In this document: piece by piece, positions 1 to 13,850 of the stretch
How the letters are laid out: every line of letters begins with the position of its first letter
How positions within the stretch are numbered: position 1 is the stretch's first letter
NCBI GenBank assembly: GCA_038087875.1
Contig: CM075990.1
Location: 10,480,001-10,544,000, forward strand
Reading direction: 5' to 3'
DNA: 64,000 bases
DNA from: Malacoraja senta
Lineage: Eukaryota
Program-made: the position numbers and the translations under genes
The notes under the pieces: model-generated
Databases searched by the model: none
What the model was told of the DNA's origin: nothing
The model's input: only the letters and a program-made list of their open reading frames with translations

Positions 1-40
1 CAACAAGTTACAAGTTGTTGGCAACAGTCACATTCACAAT

Positions 41-170
41 CAGTCCAAGAAGGCTCCCAACCCAAAACATCACCTACCCATGATCTCCAGGGATGTTACC
101 TGACCCACCCAGTTACTCCAGAATTTTGTGTCTTTTTCTGTAAACCAGCTTCTACAGTTCCTGGTCTCTA
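41..170 (+). mobile_element. Degenerate Penelope-like pLTR unit with decayed hammerhead motif
   Basis: agtccaagaaggctcccaacccaaaacatcacc...gttactccagaattttgtgtc...aaaccagc matches the unit repeated throughout the window. Confidence 0.65.
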
Positions 171-414
171 AAGTTACGTATCTAATTGTTTCTACATTGC
201 ATACTGTCATACACCTCATTGTTTATCAAAAGAGCCGGAGGCAAAATTTCATGACAATATCTCTTTGTGTTATTTACATGATTGGAAATATGAAAATGTC
301 CAAATACCTGAATTTATGTTAAAAGCATGAACTAAGTTATAGAGAATAATTTGGAGCAAAGATTTCATGGACAACTTACTGTATGTTCTAGAGTAGTCCA
401 TATCTGGAATGAAC

Positions 415-595
415 TGCCAGAGAAACTATAAAGTGGGTACAATTATGACTTTCAAAAGACATTTGGACAGATTTATAGATATGAAGGGTTTGGAGGGATA
501 TGGTCAACTGCAGGCAAATGAGACAACCCAGAATGCCAACTTAGTCGGCATGGACAACTTAGGCCAAATGGCTTGTTTCAATGCTATATGACTCT
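415..595 (+). mobile_element. CR1-clade LINE 3' end fragment
   Basis: Encodes the ORF2 C-terminus motif FKRHLDRFIDMKGLEGYG, followed by a typical 3' UTR ending gcttgtttcaatgctatatgactcta. Confidence 0.7.
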
Positions 596-1010
596 AGCTC
601 CTGTTGCAGCAACAGGGAGTACATTCATTAGAACAGAGAGGAATAGCTGCAAGGAAAAGAGTACGCAGGTGGTAATGTATATTTGTGATAAGTATCTGAG
701 TTTGCTTTAGTTTTTCTTATTGTTTAAAGCAGTTTAATTGATTTAACTGTTTTAATATATTTGTAATGATTCATTTAATTGTTAGTATTTTTTTAATGAT
801 TCTGTTTGTCAGGTACTTTCAGAAGCATTAGTTGTCCTGAGCTAGCATATCCTGAGCAGACACCACTGTTTTGTAATTTTTCTCAGATGACAGCATAACA
901 GTGCATCAGGTTTGTGCACAACATTACAATTTCAGACTGGAATAGCGCTAGTTAGTATAATGACATGGGGTATTTACAAAATGTAAAGCTGTAAGAATCA
1001 AAAGAGCTTG

Positions 1011-1036
1011 TATATATATATATATATATATATATA
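1011..1036. repeat. (TA)n microsatellite
   Basis: Directly visible. Confidence 0.95.
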
Positions 1037-1059
1037 ATTGTCACCATTAATTACATATT

Positions 1060-1420
1060 ATTTTTTTATTTCAAAAATAAACTTTATTCATAAATTTAAA
1101 AATATACCAATGAAAAGCGTGCAATGCTCTTTACATTCTTTGTGTCAATCTCTACATACAGCGTTGTTAGTTTAAGCACAGTTGTGTTAGAACATCATTC
1201 TTTTCTTTATCGGTGGCACCATTGCCAGTCATGTGGTCTCCAGAGTTGATAGCTTCTTCCTTTATGTGAGGAGTGTCGACGCCAGTATCAACCCCTCAAT
1301 GTTCAATAAGAGAAGGTAGACTGCAGTCCTCACTACAGACCCTTTGCATTGCTTCACCGACCTTCAGTGCATCCCTCCGTATGCACTTTTGAAGTCAGCA
1401 ACAATCCCTTACCGGCATCA
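1060..1420 (-). mobile_element. Degenerate L1/Tx1-clade LINE 3' end
   Basis: Poly-T/tttatt tail at the left end; the minus strand reads ...RRDALKVG..., resembling the 'LRDALKLG' C-terminus of Tx1-like ORF2 (recalled, not searched). Confidence 0.4.
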
Positions 1421-2307
1421 AGTAACACTCCAGTGTACTGAAGGTGCACACAGAGACAACTCTTCGGCTTTCTCCTTCGGATACTCTCGTGTTCAATCAG
1501 TGAAAGCAGTTCCTCTTTCAATTGTCGCCGCCCCTACACCAACCCTCCCCAGTCCAGTCACTTCACATTAAAGCTTCACCTCGCCACCATCATGCTTAAA
1601 ATCACACAGATTACTCATCTATATAACCATGAACTCTGTCATTCCAATGGGACCTCTGCCCACAATCACAAAATTGGAATGAGTTGACTGCTGGCCTGAT
1701 AATCACAGGCCCTTTTAAAATGTCTGCAGTTCCTTCCTCTTAAATGTTTTGTTAATTAAGTATGAACAGCTCCACAATAAAGTAGGTCTAATTTCAAGTC
1801 CATACTGATTGTTATCTAGAATAATTCAGAGCGTAAAAGAGCAGTTTTGTTAAAAGCACATAAAAAGCCCATAGCCTTTGTCTGGGGAAGTTATGTCCCA
1901 AGAGACTATAAAAGGTTGTTTTAATAACCCAGTCTAAATGAAACTAAAGGTGAATATGTTCAGGCTAAAGAAACTACAGGGGAGGTATTTCAGCAGTAGA
2001 TTAATGAATATTTCCTTGCAGAAAATAAATCTCATCTATCCTGTTGTGCATAGATGTCAGTGGTTAAATTTGTAATGCATGAAGCCAGAAGATTATGTCT
2101 CACAGCTAATACGGATACCACAGTACAGTGTTCAATCGGAGTGCTGCCACTGTCCTTTGAAGCAACAGATGCCATAACCTCCCATCCTAAATTACTTTGC
2201 TTAAAGAAATCCTTTCCCGGGGATCCAATTGCAAACAAAATGAGCAATCTCGTAAACTGCCACGGTTAAATTACACGAGACCTTGGCATGGTTACCATTT
2301 TTCATCA

Positions 2308-2482
2308 ATTATTAGAAATAAGCTTGCTTAGAAGAAAGATTTTTGACAAAACTCCCAAAATAATAAGTTTAAATAATATTGCTTGGCAGCAACACATAAT
2401 TATTAGAAATAAGTTTGCTTAGAAGAAAACAATTTGTCAAATCTCCCAAACTTAAAATAATATTGTTTGGCAGCAACACACA
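2308..2482. repeat. Diverged tandem duplication, two copies of ~85-90 bp
   Basis: attattagaaataag(c/t)ttgcttagaagaaa...aataatattg(c/t)ttggcagcaacaca occurs twice head-to-tail. Confidence 0.85.
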
Positions 2483-2879
2483 ATGTTCTAATAATAGTTG
2501 CAGTTTCACCCTAACTGATACGATGGTTGGGAACAACCATGTTTGGCTACAGAATGAGTTTGGGTCTGACTGCAACTTAGGGCAGGAATGTTACCTAAAT
2601 AAGCGACAAAGTACACGTTCCAGTCGAGGAGTTTTAAAATCCTGTGCCCCATATTCATATGGTAGTGACTCCTCCCTGTATCCAAGCACAGAAGATGAAG
2701 CAAAGTGATGCGAGATAGAACTACCAGCAGGGAAACGGGGATGAAGGAAAGGAAATCAACAAGATCTTGTTTGGAGGGTTGGGAGGGTAGCTGTAAGTGG
2801 GACAGAGAACACAAGAACATCTGCTCTTCTTGGCATCTAAGGAACATTGAAGAAAAAAACCAAATAATTTATCGTTGCT

Positions 2880-4360
2880 CAGAGCACAGGAAGACTATAA
2901 GTGAGAACAGGAGTAGGCCATTCAGCCCCTCAGGCCTAACTATCGATTCAGTAATGTCATGCTAATCTGACTTTCCTCAAATCTACATTCATCCCCTTTT
3001 CCCCATAACATTATTGGTTTGAAGTCTATCCATCTCGGCTTATAAATAAGTATTTTCATGGCAATGAGATCACCACACTCTGAGAAAAGTAATTCTACCT
3101 CTTCAGCCTTAAACGTGTGTCCCCTTTGTCTGAGACCATGAGACGAATCATCTCCTCAGCATTTACCCCGTCGAACCACCTAAGACTTTTATATAGTCAT
3201 AGAGTGATACAGTGTGGAAACAGGCCATTCGGCCCAACTTGCCCACACCAGCCAACATGTCCCAGCTACACTAGTCCCACCTACTCGTGTTTGGTCTATA
3301 TCCCACCAAACCTGTCCCACCAAACCATCCATGTATCTGTCTAACTGTTTCTTAAATGTTGCCTCAACTACCTCCTCTGGCAGCTTGTTCTATACACCCA
3401 CCACCCTTTGTGTGAAAAAGTTACCCCTCTGATTCCAATTAAATCTTTTCCCCTTCACTTTAAACCTATGACCTCTGGTCCTCGATTCACCTACTCTCAG
3501 CAAGAGACTCTGTGCATCTACCCAATTTATTCCTCTCATGATTTTATACACCTCAATAAGACCACCCCTCATCCTCCGGTGCTCCAAGGAATAGAGTCCC
3601 AGCCTACTCAACCCCTCCTTATACTGTAGCTCAGACTCTCTAGCCCTGGAAACATCCTTGTAAATCTTCTCTGTACCCTTTCCAGCTTGACAACATCTTT
3701 TCTATAACATGGTGATAATATTTTATAAGATGTTTTAATAAGATCGATTCCATTCTTCCAAACTTCAATGAATTGAGTCCTAACATGCTGAGGTTCTCAG
3801 AGGACAACCACTGGACCATTTCAGTGAACGTTGTCAGAACTGCTTCCAATGAGATTATATCTTTCCTTAAAAAGGAGAGGAAGAACGGTTCACATTACTC
3901 TAGTTGTGGTCTCACTAGTCCCTAGTTGTGGTCTCACTAGTCCCTAGTTGCAGTAAGACTTCCATCCTTTCCTACTCCAAATCTCTTGATATAAGGGCCA
4001 ATATTCCATTAAATTTGACTGTATCTTCTGCATTGTATGCTCACTTTCTGTGTTTATGCACATGGTAGCCTAAATCCCTTAGTACTACAGGTTTCTGCGA
4101 ATTTTCAGATTTTAAACAATCCTCTGGTTTTTTTTGTTCTTCCTTCTCAACTGAACAGCTTCACATTTTCCCACATTGCACTCCATTTGCCGACCTGTGC
4201 CCATTCACCTACCCTGTCAATATCTCCCTGTGAACTCTTTGTTTCTTCCTCACAAGTTATCTTCCCAAATATTTCTATGCCACCACCAATACCATGGGCT
4301 CTTATCTTGTGACTTTCCTTCCAGGCAAAACCTTGTTAAATTCCTTCTGGAAATCAAAAT
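2880..4360 (-). mobile_element. Old CR1 LINE fragment with a younger CR1 3' fragment (~3195-3715) nested inside
   Basis: ORF 3390-3611 (LGLYSLEHRRMRGGLIEVYKIMRG...RTRGHRFKV...FFTQRVV) is CR1 ORF2 C-terminus; the flanks carry more decayed CR1 sequence; 22-bp tandem repeat at ~3900-3950. Confidence 0.8.
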
Positions 4361-5620
4361 TCAATGGAGCACTGCTGCTGCTGCTAGTGGTTGCTGTTGG
4401 ACTGGAATTTGCATGGAGACAAAATAAAAGTAACATCCTTGCTTGATGAACTCAGGACATAGACATATAAATGACAGGGTGGGGTCATGAGGGGACAGAG
4501 CTTAAACACCTTTTGCACTATTAGTACTTGGCAGTTGGATTAAAATCATCTTTTTAGAGTCCAGTGTTTCCATTATCAAATATAGTATCATTTAGTAACA
4601 ATTATGGTAAAGACTTTGAGAAATGTGCTGATGGGTCCAGGTACCTGAGTCATGAAGCTTCTGATGTTTTCAATTGATTGCTCTCCAAGAGTTCCTGGGT
4701 TTGAGATTTCACCTTTCAATTCACACTGATGAAATTGTCAACGATTTCTGTCACGAGTCTGTTTCCTGTATGGAGAAAGGAAAAGAGTTCAACAAATGAA
4801 AACAGAAGGATTAAGCCATCATCCAACAGAAGGGAAAAGGTATAGGAATACTGCGTAAAAACACTGAACATTTATTCACGATCATGCTCCTTCTCGCAGC
4901 AAACCAGACTCAGAACTTCCTGTGCCAAGAAAATGGAGACAAAGTGAATGAGTCATGCCCTAATCATGGGCAGTCAATGGCCGTATTTGTGATAATGCTT
5001 TTGGCATTGAAAGAATTGCATTCACAGAATGAAATCCCTTCCTGCTGTGGGCATGATTTCCCGCTATACACATGTCAGTGGAGTAACTCATGTTCAATCA
5101 ATGATATCAGGACCTTGTGAAATTGCCACGACTCTCTCTGATTGTCTGGCTCTGCTTTCATATAAAAACTTTCCCTGTCAAAAATCCAGGTATTACCTGA
5201 ATGAAATGAACACCGATTGAATGATATCATGCCTCTTGCAGAAGTCTGAAATTGTTTTGACATGTATAAGTGAAAGGAATTGTCTCTTTTCAATCCATTG
5301 ATGAGACACAGCTTGGCTGTTACTGCTATCTGTCTGGGACAGGCACCTTACATAGATCAAGCTTTCTGGGCAAAATTAAATCGGCCCCAAAATGTGTGAA
5401 GGGATTAAAAAAAAAAGTGAAACCAACACATGGCTATTGATCGCACTGCAGGTAGCACACTACTAATTAGTACTCATTAGAATGATCCAGGTTTGCGGCT
5501 GATATTAACTGCACTGTTGATTGAATGGATGCATCAGCAGGGAGTTCAAAATTCTTACACTTTGTGCAAAACCTCTACACAAAAATCTGTAGCACTAGTT
5601 AATGCAAACCTGCACTACTT

Positions 5621-6050
5621 CAAAAAAAGGAGCAAATTGCTGGAACAACTCAGCAGGTCAGGCAGCATCTCTGGAGAACATGGATAGATGATATTTCAGG
5701 TTGGGACCCTTCCTCAGACTAATTGTGGTGGTGGGCAGGACAAAGCCTGGTAAGTGACGGGTGGATACAGATGGATGAGACGGGTTTCTGATAGGCAGAT
5801 GGTTTGACAAAGGCCAGAGATAAAAGTACAAAAAGTGCGAGATAAGAATAGAAAAGGTCCACCTATGACTTGCCAGACTTTGACCAGATCCCATCTCTCT
5901 TTCAGCTTGCTCCACCAACAATCAGTCAGAAAAAGGGTCCTGGCCCAAAACATCACCTATCAATGTTCTCCAGAGGTGCTGCCTGACTCGCTGAGTTACT
6001 CAAGCACTTTGTGTCTTTTTTAGTAAACCAACATCTGCATACCCTTGTGT
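5621..6050. mobile_element. Inverted pair of older Penelope-like pLTR units
   Basis: Minus-strand unit at ~5621-5860 and plus-strand unit at ~5865-6050, both with decayed ctgaagaaggg...gaaac motifs. Confidence 0.7.
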
Positions 6051-6267
6051 CTGCATTGCTTCAATCTAGTCTGCAGTTCATAAAGTGGTGCATTGTGGAA
6101 GATGAGCTTCTGCAAATAGGAAGTGAATGCATCCCGTAAAGCAATGAAGAGCAATATAATTTGGGAGTGGCACTCCGTGGAGGGTGACCTCATGTCCAGA
6201 TGATGGCACAATGGCAAATGGCAGCCACTTGAAATGACATTGTGTCATTGCCAACATACAAACTCTA

Positions 6268-7267
6268 GTCTGAAGAAGGGTCTCGACCCGAAGCGTCATC
6301 CATTCCTTCTCTCCAGAGCTTCCTCCAACTAAACGAGAGTAAGTCTGAGGTCATCCTTCTCGGCCCCTCAGACTCAATCAAAATGATAGCAGGCAGCCTT
6401 GGAAGCCTTACCCCACTACTCAAACCTCACGTCAAAAACCTTGGAGTGATATTTGACTCAGCACTGAAATTTGACAAACAAGTCAATGCCGTGGTAAAAA
6501 GCTAGCTTCTTTCAGCTTCGGACGATAGTTAAAATCAAACAATTCCTCCACTTTGATGACCTCGAAAAGATCATCCACACATTTATCTCCTCCCGCCTAG
6601 ATTACTGCAACTCCCTTTACGCTGGCATCAGCCAATCTTCCCTGTCAACTGGTCCAAAACGCCGCAGTGAGACTCCTGACGGGCACCCGAAAAAGGGACC
6701 ACATCACCCCGATCCTGGCCTCTCTCCACTGGCTCCCTGTGCGGTTCCGTATACATTTCAAGATCCTCCTCCATGTCTACAAAGCCCTCGATGGGCTTGC
6801 CCCCACCTACATTAAAAATCTTCTCACCCACCACTCCACCTCCAGGTCCCTCAGATCGTCCGACTTGGGATTGCTGAATATCCCGCGGTCTAGGCATAAG
6901 CTCAGGGGCGACCGCGCCTTTGCGGTTGCAGCTCCTAGACAGTGGAACAGCATCCCCCTTCCCATCAGAACTGCCCCCTCCATCGACTCCTTTAAGTCAA
7001 GACTAAAAACTTATCTATACTCCCAAGCCTTTCTTGACGTCCTCTGAGCGAGGGCTATATGTATATATATATGTAGTTTGTTTGTTTATACTATTCTTAT
7101 AACAAATGTAAAGCACTTTGGCCAACGAGAGTTGTTTTTTAAATGTGCTATATAAATAAATGTGACTTGACTTGACTTGACTCCAGAGATGCTGCCTGTC
7201 CCGCTGAGTTACTCGAGCATTCCGTGTCTATCTTTGGTTTAATCCAGCATCTGCAGTTCCTTCCTAC
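6268..7267 (+). mobile_element. Penelope-like pLTR/hammerhead unit split by an L2 insertion
   Basis: gtctgaagaagggtctcgacccgaagcgtc at 6268-6297; the unit resumes at 7181 with ctccagagatgctgcctgtcccgctgag. Confidence 0.8.
6319..7180 (+). mobile_element. L2-clade LINE, 5'-truncated (ORF2 C-terminus, 3' UTR, (GACTT)n tail)
   Basis: ORF 6667-7047 (RKRDHITPILASLHWLPVRFRIHFKILL...GDRAFAVAAPRQWNSIP...FKSRLKTYL); TSD ctccagag at 6311-6318 and 7181-7188. Confidence 0.9.
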
Positions 7268-9192
7268 GTATACAATTTACCCTTTACTGACTGAGAATGA
7301 AGCTGCAATTTCTAGGTAAATGTGGATGATGAGGTTCCACATGAGGAGCGGAGCAGCTGGATGGCTCATACATAGGATTATAGACTTCCTAAATGTTTTT
7401 GATACAGTTTCACAAAACAAATGTAATCAGGATTCAAATCCACTTAATATAAAGGTCTATAACAGCTTGAATAGAATACAGCGACCAGAACTAGTAGTTA
7501 AAAGGTTTTTTAACAAAGAAGTGTCCACTGGAGTTGGTACTACCACTATTGCTTTTCTTAATATATATGAATGACATGAACCTGGGCACTATTTCCAAAT
7601 TTTCACACAAAACTTGGAGACATTGTGAATTATGCCATAAGGCAACATATTAATTGCTTGACAAAATGGGCAAATAGGTGGAAGATGAAATTAAATACAG
7701 AGTAAAGACAACATAAATTAGTGGGCATAATTCTAAAAGGGGTGCATGAAAAGAGAGATCTAGGGGAACATGGATTTCTGTGGATTGATGAAAGTGGCAG
7801 TACAAGTTGGGAGAGTGATTAAGAGAAGCTTACAGGATCTGTTACTTTATCAGTTAATTAATCTAATTAATTTTAAACTGATTCAAAACTTAAAGCAAAC
7901 TTAAAATCATTAAATACATATAAGTTTATTGATTTAATTAAATAAAATGTAAATGATCTCTCTCCCTTGCAGCCATTCTTCTCCATCGGAACAAATAGTC
8001 ATTAAAAGTGCACCATGACTATCCAGACCCACCTTTGGCTGGCAGAGTCCTCCCTGTAATTAATGTGGAGTTGATGCTCTGGCACTGTGGCTCAGGAGAA
8101 ATTCTCTAAACACAGGAAATGCGAAGCAAACATCTTTCAGAATATTACATTGGTGACAGATATATAGGGAACGGTAATGCTTTTCAAGAAAATCAAGCTC
8201 ATTTAGATACACGAAGAAACCATTCAAATACTTGATAGAATTAATTTTAACTTTGAAAGAAAGTAAATACTGGAAATTATGCATTCATTTGTAGGGAGTT
8301 GATCATCTTATGTGCTTCACTCCACATTAGTGTGGCATCTCTAACTTTCCAAACTACCAATTTTCAATAAGAAATAAATGTGAAACAACCCTACAAAATA
8401 GTAATTTCTGTTAAATAAGCAAATTGAAATGCCAATAGATATGTAATTTTGATCAATGTAATGTTCAAGGCATGCATGCACATGTTGGACTGAGGAGTTT
8501 GAAGACATGAAACGTCGTCTGTCCATTTTCTCCACTAGATGCTGCCTGAACCATTGAGTTTCTCCAGCGCTTTGTTCTTGACTGCCTCCAGCACCTTATT
8601 TTTTTTGCTCAAAATTCCAGCATCTGCATTTTCTTGTGCCTCTTTGGAGAAATTTGGTTAACTTAAGCTGATTTTAATGACAGTTTGTCCGCATCAACCA
8701 ACTTGGACACACTATGGCTCTGGTTATTTTACTGCCTGTTGAAAATCTCTGCAATTGCTTCGAACAAAGTTGCATTTGATGACACTGGTGATAATGTATC
8801 GTAATTACAATTTCAAAAAATTACTCAGCGAAATCAAGAAGGTAAAAAAAACCATCTCTAAAAGCTTGAAATATGAAAGACTCCCAGCTGTGAACCATTA
8901 ACTGCTTCTAGTTCCATTGATGCTGCCTAACCTGCTGTGCTTCCGGTATTTTCTGTTTTTATTTCTGTTACGTCAGTGCCACAGTATATAATGTTCATTT
9001 CATGGACAATTTCACCAAATATTGCCTTTTCAACTGTTTTGATGATGCAAAGAACAGGCAAGGCATTCGGGTAACACTCTTGTCATTAAGTTCCAAAGTC
9101 ATGGATTCAATTTCCATTGGAGACATGTGTACAAAATTTGTTATGTCATTCCAGTGTTGGTACAGAGAACATATTTTCAGGTCATTATCACC

Positions 9193-9377
9193 GAAGATAG
9201 ACAGAAAAAGCTGGAGTACCTCAGCGGGACAGGCAACAAAAATCTGGAGTAACTCAGCGGGACAGGCCACAAAAAGCTGGAGTAACTGTCTGAAGAAGGG
9301 TCTCAACCCGAAACTCCTTCTTTCCAAAGATGCTGCCTGTCCCGCTGGCTTACTCCAGCTTTTTGTGTCTATCTTCT
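9193..9377. mobile_element. Inverted Penelope-like unit pair with an internal triplicated ~33-bp segment
   Basis: aaaaagctggagtaactcagcgggacaggc repeated three times (last copy partial), then ctgaagaagggtctcaacccgaaac. Confidence 0.75.
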
Positions 9378-9379
9378 TA

Positions 9380-9520
9380 TTGTTTACTGGACTTGGTCTG
9401 TGAAAACTGGCTATCATATTTCTCCATTACATCAGTGCCTATACTTCAAAGGTACTCATTCAATATAAAACGTTTGGGGACATCTTAAAGTCGCGAAAGC
9501 TGGAACAGAAATTAAGCTTT
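9380..9520 (+). mobile_element. Deu-domain (AmnSINE/SacSINE-like) SINE 3' part
   Basis: cattacatcagtgcctatacttcaaaggtactcatt...aaacgtttggggacatc...gaaag resembles the Deu-SINE 3' region as recalled. Confidence 0.5.
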
Positions 9521-12500
9521 TCGTCGGTGAACCAACTGAAAATGTGTTTCTTTGTTTGAAGTTGATGCAATGGTATATTTTGTGATCATATTTAAATAGA
9601 TTTGAAGCATGTTAGAGATTTCTGGCCAGGGAGAAATTATTAATATCGAAGTTAAGTTTCTAACGGTCTTTTTTTCATATCTAGCATCTGGTAGTTAGTA
9701 TGAGGCAAAATACTTTAAAATGATAAGTAACAACAGCTGGTCTCCCAGAAAAAACCCACTGAAATGACAATATCCGTCCACCTAAGTGAATGAAAAACTA
9801 TTAAAGCCCCAATTTTATCAGATGCCACAATGTGTGAGGTGTATATGTCTGATCGAACAATATATAGCTGATCATGGGCACAGGACACTTAACTTTCCAA
9901 GGGGAAAAGTTAAATCCAGTTGACCAATACATAGAGATTGAGTGTAATATTTATATAAATTGTTAACCAGATATACTATGAATTTCATGTCTTTTAGACG
10001 AGGTTTCAATCACAGAAATGGATTTGCTTCTAAAGTCAAGGTGCCTGGCTATTTGAGTATTGAAATAAGCCCACACATGTTAATATTGGAGCAGCCTGAC
10101 CAGAGGGGAGTGCCTGGCTGCAGTATCGTAGCATCAGCTGGCTCTTCCTGAGATGCTGCCTGCCCCTTTAACAGAAAAGTACGTCACCGAGACATGTGCC
10201 GTAGCAGGTAATAGTTGTGCAAAATTTGTGAAATGTTAGCTCCCTAAGAACATACTTTTCTCATCAAGTCTATGATGTGCTTCATGCATCACAAAGTATG
10301 TGTGAAAAGGTGAGAGAGATGATTCCTTCAACTTACTCCTCATTACATCAGACCTCCCCTCCACTTGCTGCCTGGTATGAAGGGTGGTTTGGAATGTGGT
10401 CAGAAATCAAAGGGTGGACTTTGACTGTGTAGAGGTGCTCATTTCCAGAAAAGGATCTCTCCATTGCTGCATTTCCTGCAATCCCACCTCCATACTTTTC
10501 CAGTTTAAAGGAAGTGCGGTCGTCTTCAATATGTGACTCCAAATATTTTGATGGTTTATTGTTCTATTTGATTTCTTTTCAAAGGAAACTATATCCCCTG
10601 TCAGAGTTGCTGCCTGGCCAAATACTACATTCCAAGCACAGTGGGCAAACGTGTATGTCAAAATCCGAGCAAAGTTCAGAGATGCCTAATGACTGAACTG
10701 TTGCCAGAGCTTCTACAATGGATCAGATCAACCTAATTGTTCACATTCTTGCGAGTGTTGTGCTTAAATTTACGTGCAGTGCAAAGCGGCTCGATGACAC
10801 TTTGCTACTCTGTGTCATGTTCCCTTTAATGTTGGAAGGCATCTGCATACTTCTCTGAAGGGAAGTAGTTTTCAATTGTTCCATTGAACTGGAATGAACA
10901 ATGCAATAAATAAAGCCACAGCATACATAAGTGGCACTGGAAGTAATTTCTCTCCTGTCCAGGTGTCAATTCTAATTCTGCCTTCCCAACAAGCTCCCAT
11001 AGGGAATTTACAGCTCTAGTAGCTAGTATCTACTTATAGGATTACATCTGGATTGGCTTGAGAATGGAAGACTGTGCGATCAATGCCCAGCTGAAACTAG
11101 TTTCCTGAAAGTCATTGGAAACTCTGCGTACTTACTTACAGAGGAGGCTGTGGAGGCTCAATGGTGGATTGTATTCAAAACAAATATATGGATGTTGAAG
11201 GAATTCAGGGAATAGGGCAAGAAAACGGTGATTGAGATGAAGATCAGCTATTTACTTGGTTGACTAGTGGATGACGCAGAGCTGAATGGTGTCCTCCTGC
11301 TCCTATTTCTTATGTTCCTACATAAGTAGTTGAAACCTATGCTCAACATTACAAATATAGTCATCCTCAATTGCCTAGAAATTGGATCCAATCCATTTTT
11401 CAGGTGCTAAAACATGGTAGTAATTAGAGCTCACACCCAATCAGGATCATTATAAAAAATAGCAAAATTGATCAACATCGAATTTGAAATGGTATTGAAG
11501 TGTTTAACATCTAGAAACAAGCACTAAAACAACACCTGAGGATCCCTGGTAGAACCAGCAGACATTTTCATGCATCTTTCTAATCCTTGCTGCACAACAT
11601 TCAGAGAAAGGCTTCAACATAAAAGACACACTTCTCTGGCTGTCAAAGAGGAAAGGTAAGAGGGTGATCATCTCTAAAATCACTCAAAGGGACATTCCAG
11701 ACCTAGTCAATGAGATGCTGTAGATCAGTGAAAGAGTAGGGTACAAAAAGCTGGTCACATCATAAGAAGTTGCTATATTATGGTTGCTATACTGTGGTAT
11801 GCACCTTTACAATGAACCCTTTATAGGAGAGCAATGCTGAAGGAAATTTCATGATCTCACAAGGCGTGACTACCCAAGTGTTTGCTTCAGTCTACCTCAG
11901 ACAATGGAAAGGGGTGATAGAATCAGCAAGCAATGCCAAAATGAGCATAACATTTGAGTCGGAAGATAAGAACCTACCCACTCCATTTGCTGATCACTCA
12001 CACATTCCTCACACTGGGCTCCTCCTTCCCAGCTGAGCCCATGTTCCCACTCTACCTCCCTTATTTTGACTCACACTCCAACTTTCTTTCCAATCAGCTT
12101 CCATCATCTGCCGGCAATTATTTCCTCAATCAACCACAACCATTATCTCCACCCTTTCCTCCCCAACCTGATTCCATTCACAAATCCACACGTCCTCTCC
12201 TGGATCATTATTGCTTGCCAGATACCCACCCCACTCTCTTCATTATATTAGCAATCTCACCTCAACTCTTTCAGTCCTGAAGGGTCTCAACCTCAAACAT
12301 CTACTATCCATTTACTCATTCAGAGGTTCAAGATCTAGATCTAGTGACAATAAAAGAATGGCTCTGTACATCCGTCCTAGTCAGAACGTCGCCTATGTTC
12401 TCCATTGATATTGCCTGACCCACTGAATTACTTCAGCACTTTGTGTCTTTTGTAGTAACCAGCATCTGCAGTTTCTTGTATCTCAGTTCATGTTGAATGT

Positions 12501-12529
12501 TTTCTGAATTCAGGTGCAAACTGACTTAT

Positions 12530-12900
12530 TTGCAGAGGAGTTGCAAATGGAATTGAAAATTGCACAATCATCAGCAAAACTCTCCACTTTTAACCTTTTG
12601 ATGGTAAATTGTCAATAATGAAGCTGCTGAAGAAGGTGGAGTCTAGGACGCTGCCTGAGGAAGGCAGGGAGTGATTTTTAGTAATTAGCTGAATGACCTC
12701 CAACACTCACAATTGTGCAAGGGATGAGACCAACCACAGTGATGTTCCCCTCTTCATACATATTGACTTCATTTTTACCATAGAACTGAGCCAGACTAAA
12801 TATTGTCTGATGTAGGTCTCACCTCACTTCAGGAATTCACCTTTGTTTGGATAATGTCTGTGGTCAAGTCCAGGGATGAATTGTCCTGATGAAACCCACT
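12530..12900 (-). mobile_element. Very old LINE reverse-transcriptase fragment
   Basis: The minus strand gives PQAAS...FSSFIIDNLP and, after a frameshift, ...FADDCAI, remnants of the PQG and (Y/F)ADD RT motifs. Confidence 0.5.
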
Positions 12901-13242
12901 TTCATCAAAAGAATTATGATATAACTGAATGACATGCTCAGCCATTTAACAGTCAAACACACAGAATACAGACTGTCAAAATGCATACAAATATAATTAA
13001 TTTTGGAATGATACAGAGAACCATGGGAATAGCAGATGTTCACAACACTTTTATCCTTCCAGTAACCCTGGCATATGTTGAACTATTATAGAGCAGGATG
13101 TTGAATCTGATATTCAATTATACTCTGTTTAAACTTGGTTTATATCTCCTTTAAGCTACTGGTTGCGGTAAAAATTACTGGCAAACTTGCCATGCACTAT
13201 AATTTGCAAGTTATTCTTTTCAGTTCATAACAAGATACTTAT

Positions 13243-13850
13243 TGTGTAGGAAGGAACTGCAGATGCTAGTTTAAATCGAAGGTAGATATAAAATGCTGGA
13301 GTAACTCAGCGGGATAGGCAGCATCTATGGAGAGAAGGAATGGGTGACGTTTCGTGTCGAGACCCTTCTTCAGACTGATGTCAGGGGAGTGGGCAGGACA
13401 GAGATAGAATGTAGTCGGAGACAGTAAGACTGGTGGGAGAACCGGGCAGGGGAGTGGATGGAGAGAGAGGGAAAGCAAGGGCTATTTGAAGTTGGAGAAG
13501 TCAATGTTCATACCACTGGGGTGTAAGCTTCCTAAGCGAAATATGAGGTACTGTTCCTCCAATTTACGCTGGGCCTCACTCTGACAATGGAGGATCCCAG
13601 GATAGAAAGGTCAGATTGGGAATGGGAGGGGGAGTTAAAGTGCTGAGCAACCGGGAGATCAGGTAGGTTAAGACAGAATGAACGGAGGTGTTCAGCGAAA
13701 CGATCGCCGAGCCTGCGCTTGATCTCGTCGATGTACAGGAGTTGACACCTAGAACAGCGGATACAGTTGATGTTGGAAGAGGTGCAAGTGAACCTCTGCC
13801 TCACCTGGAAAGACTGTCGGTGTCTTTCAACTGAGTCGAGGGGGGAGCTA
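13243..13850 (-). mobile_element. Penelope-like element 3' portion: GIY-YIG endonuclease fragment, pLTR and hammerhead motif
   Basis: ORF 13532-13804 (RFTCTSSN..CIRCSRCQLLYIDEIKRRLGDRFAEH...VAQHFNSPSH) is a PLE GIY-YIG; it is followed in the same sense by ctgaagaagggtctcgacacgaaacgtc (13346-13373). Confidence 0.9.

Noticed and set aside
4645..4770. Possible minus-strand exon (good polypyrimidine/AG acceptor at ~4768 and GT donor at ~4642)
   Set aside because: All three frames contain stops and no partner exons were found; at most a non-coding exon, unsupported.
8995..9417. Overlapping 140-aa and 133-aa ORFs on opposite strands
   Set aside because: They run through a triplicated Penelope-derived repeat and show no recognisable domain; chance ORFs.
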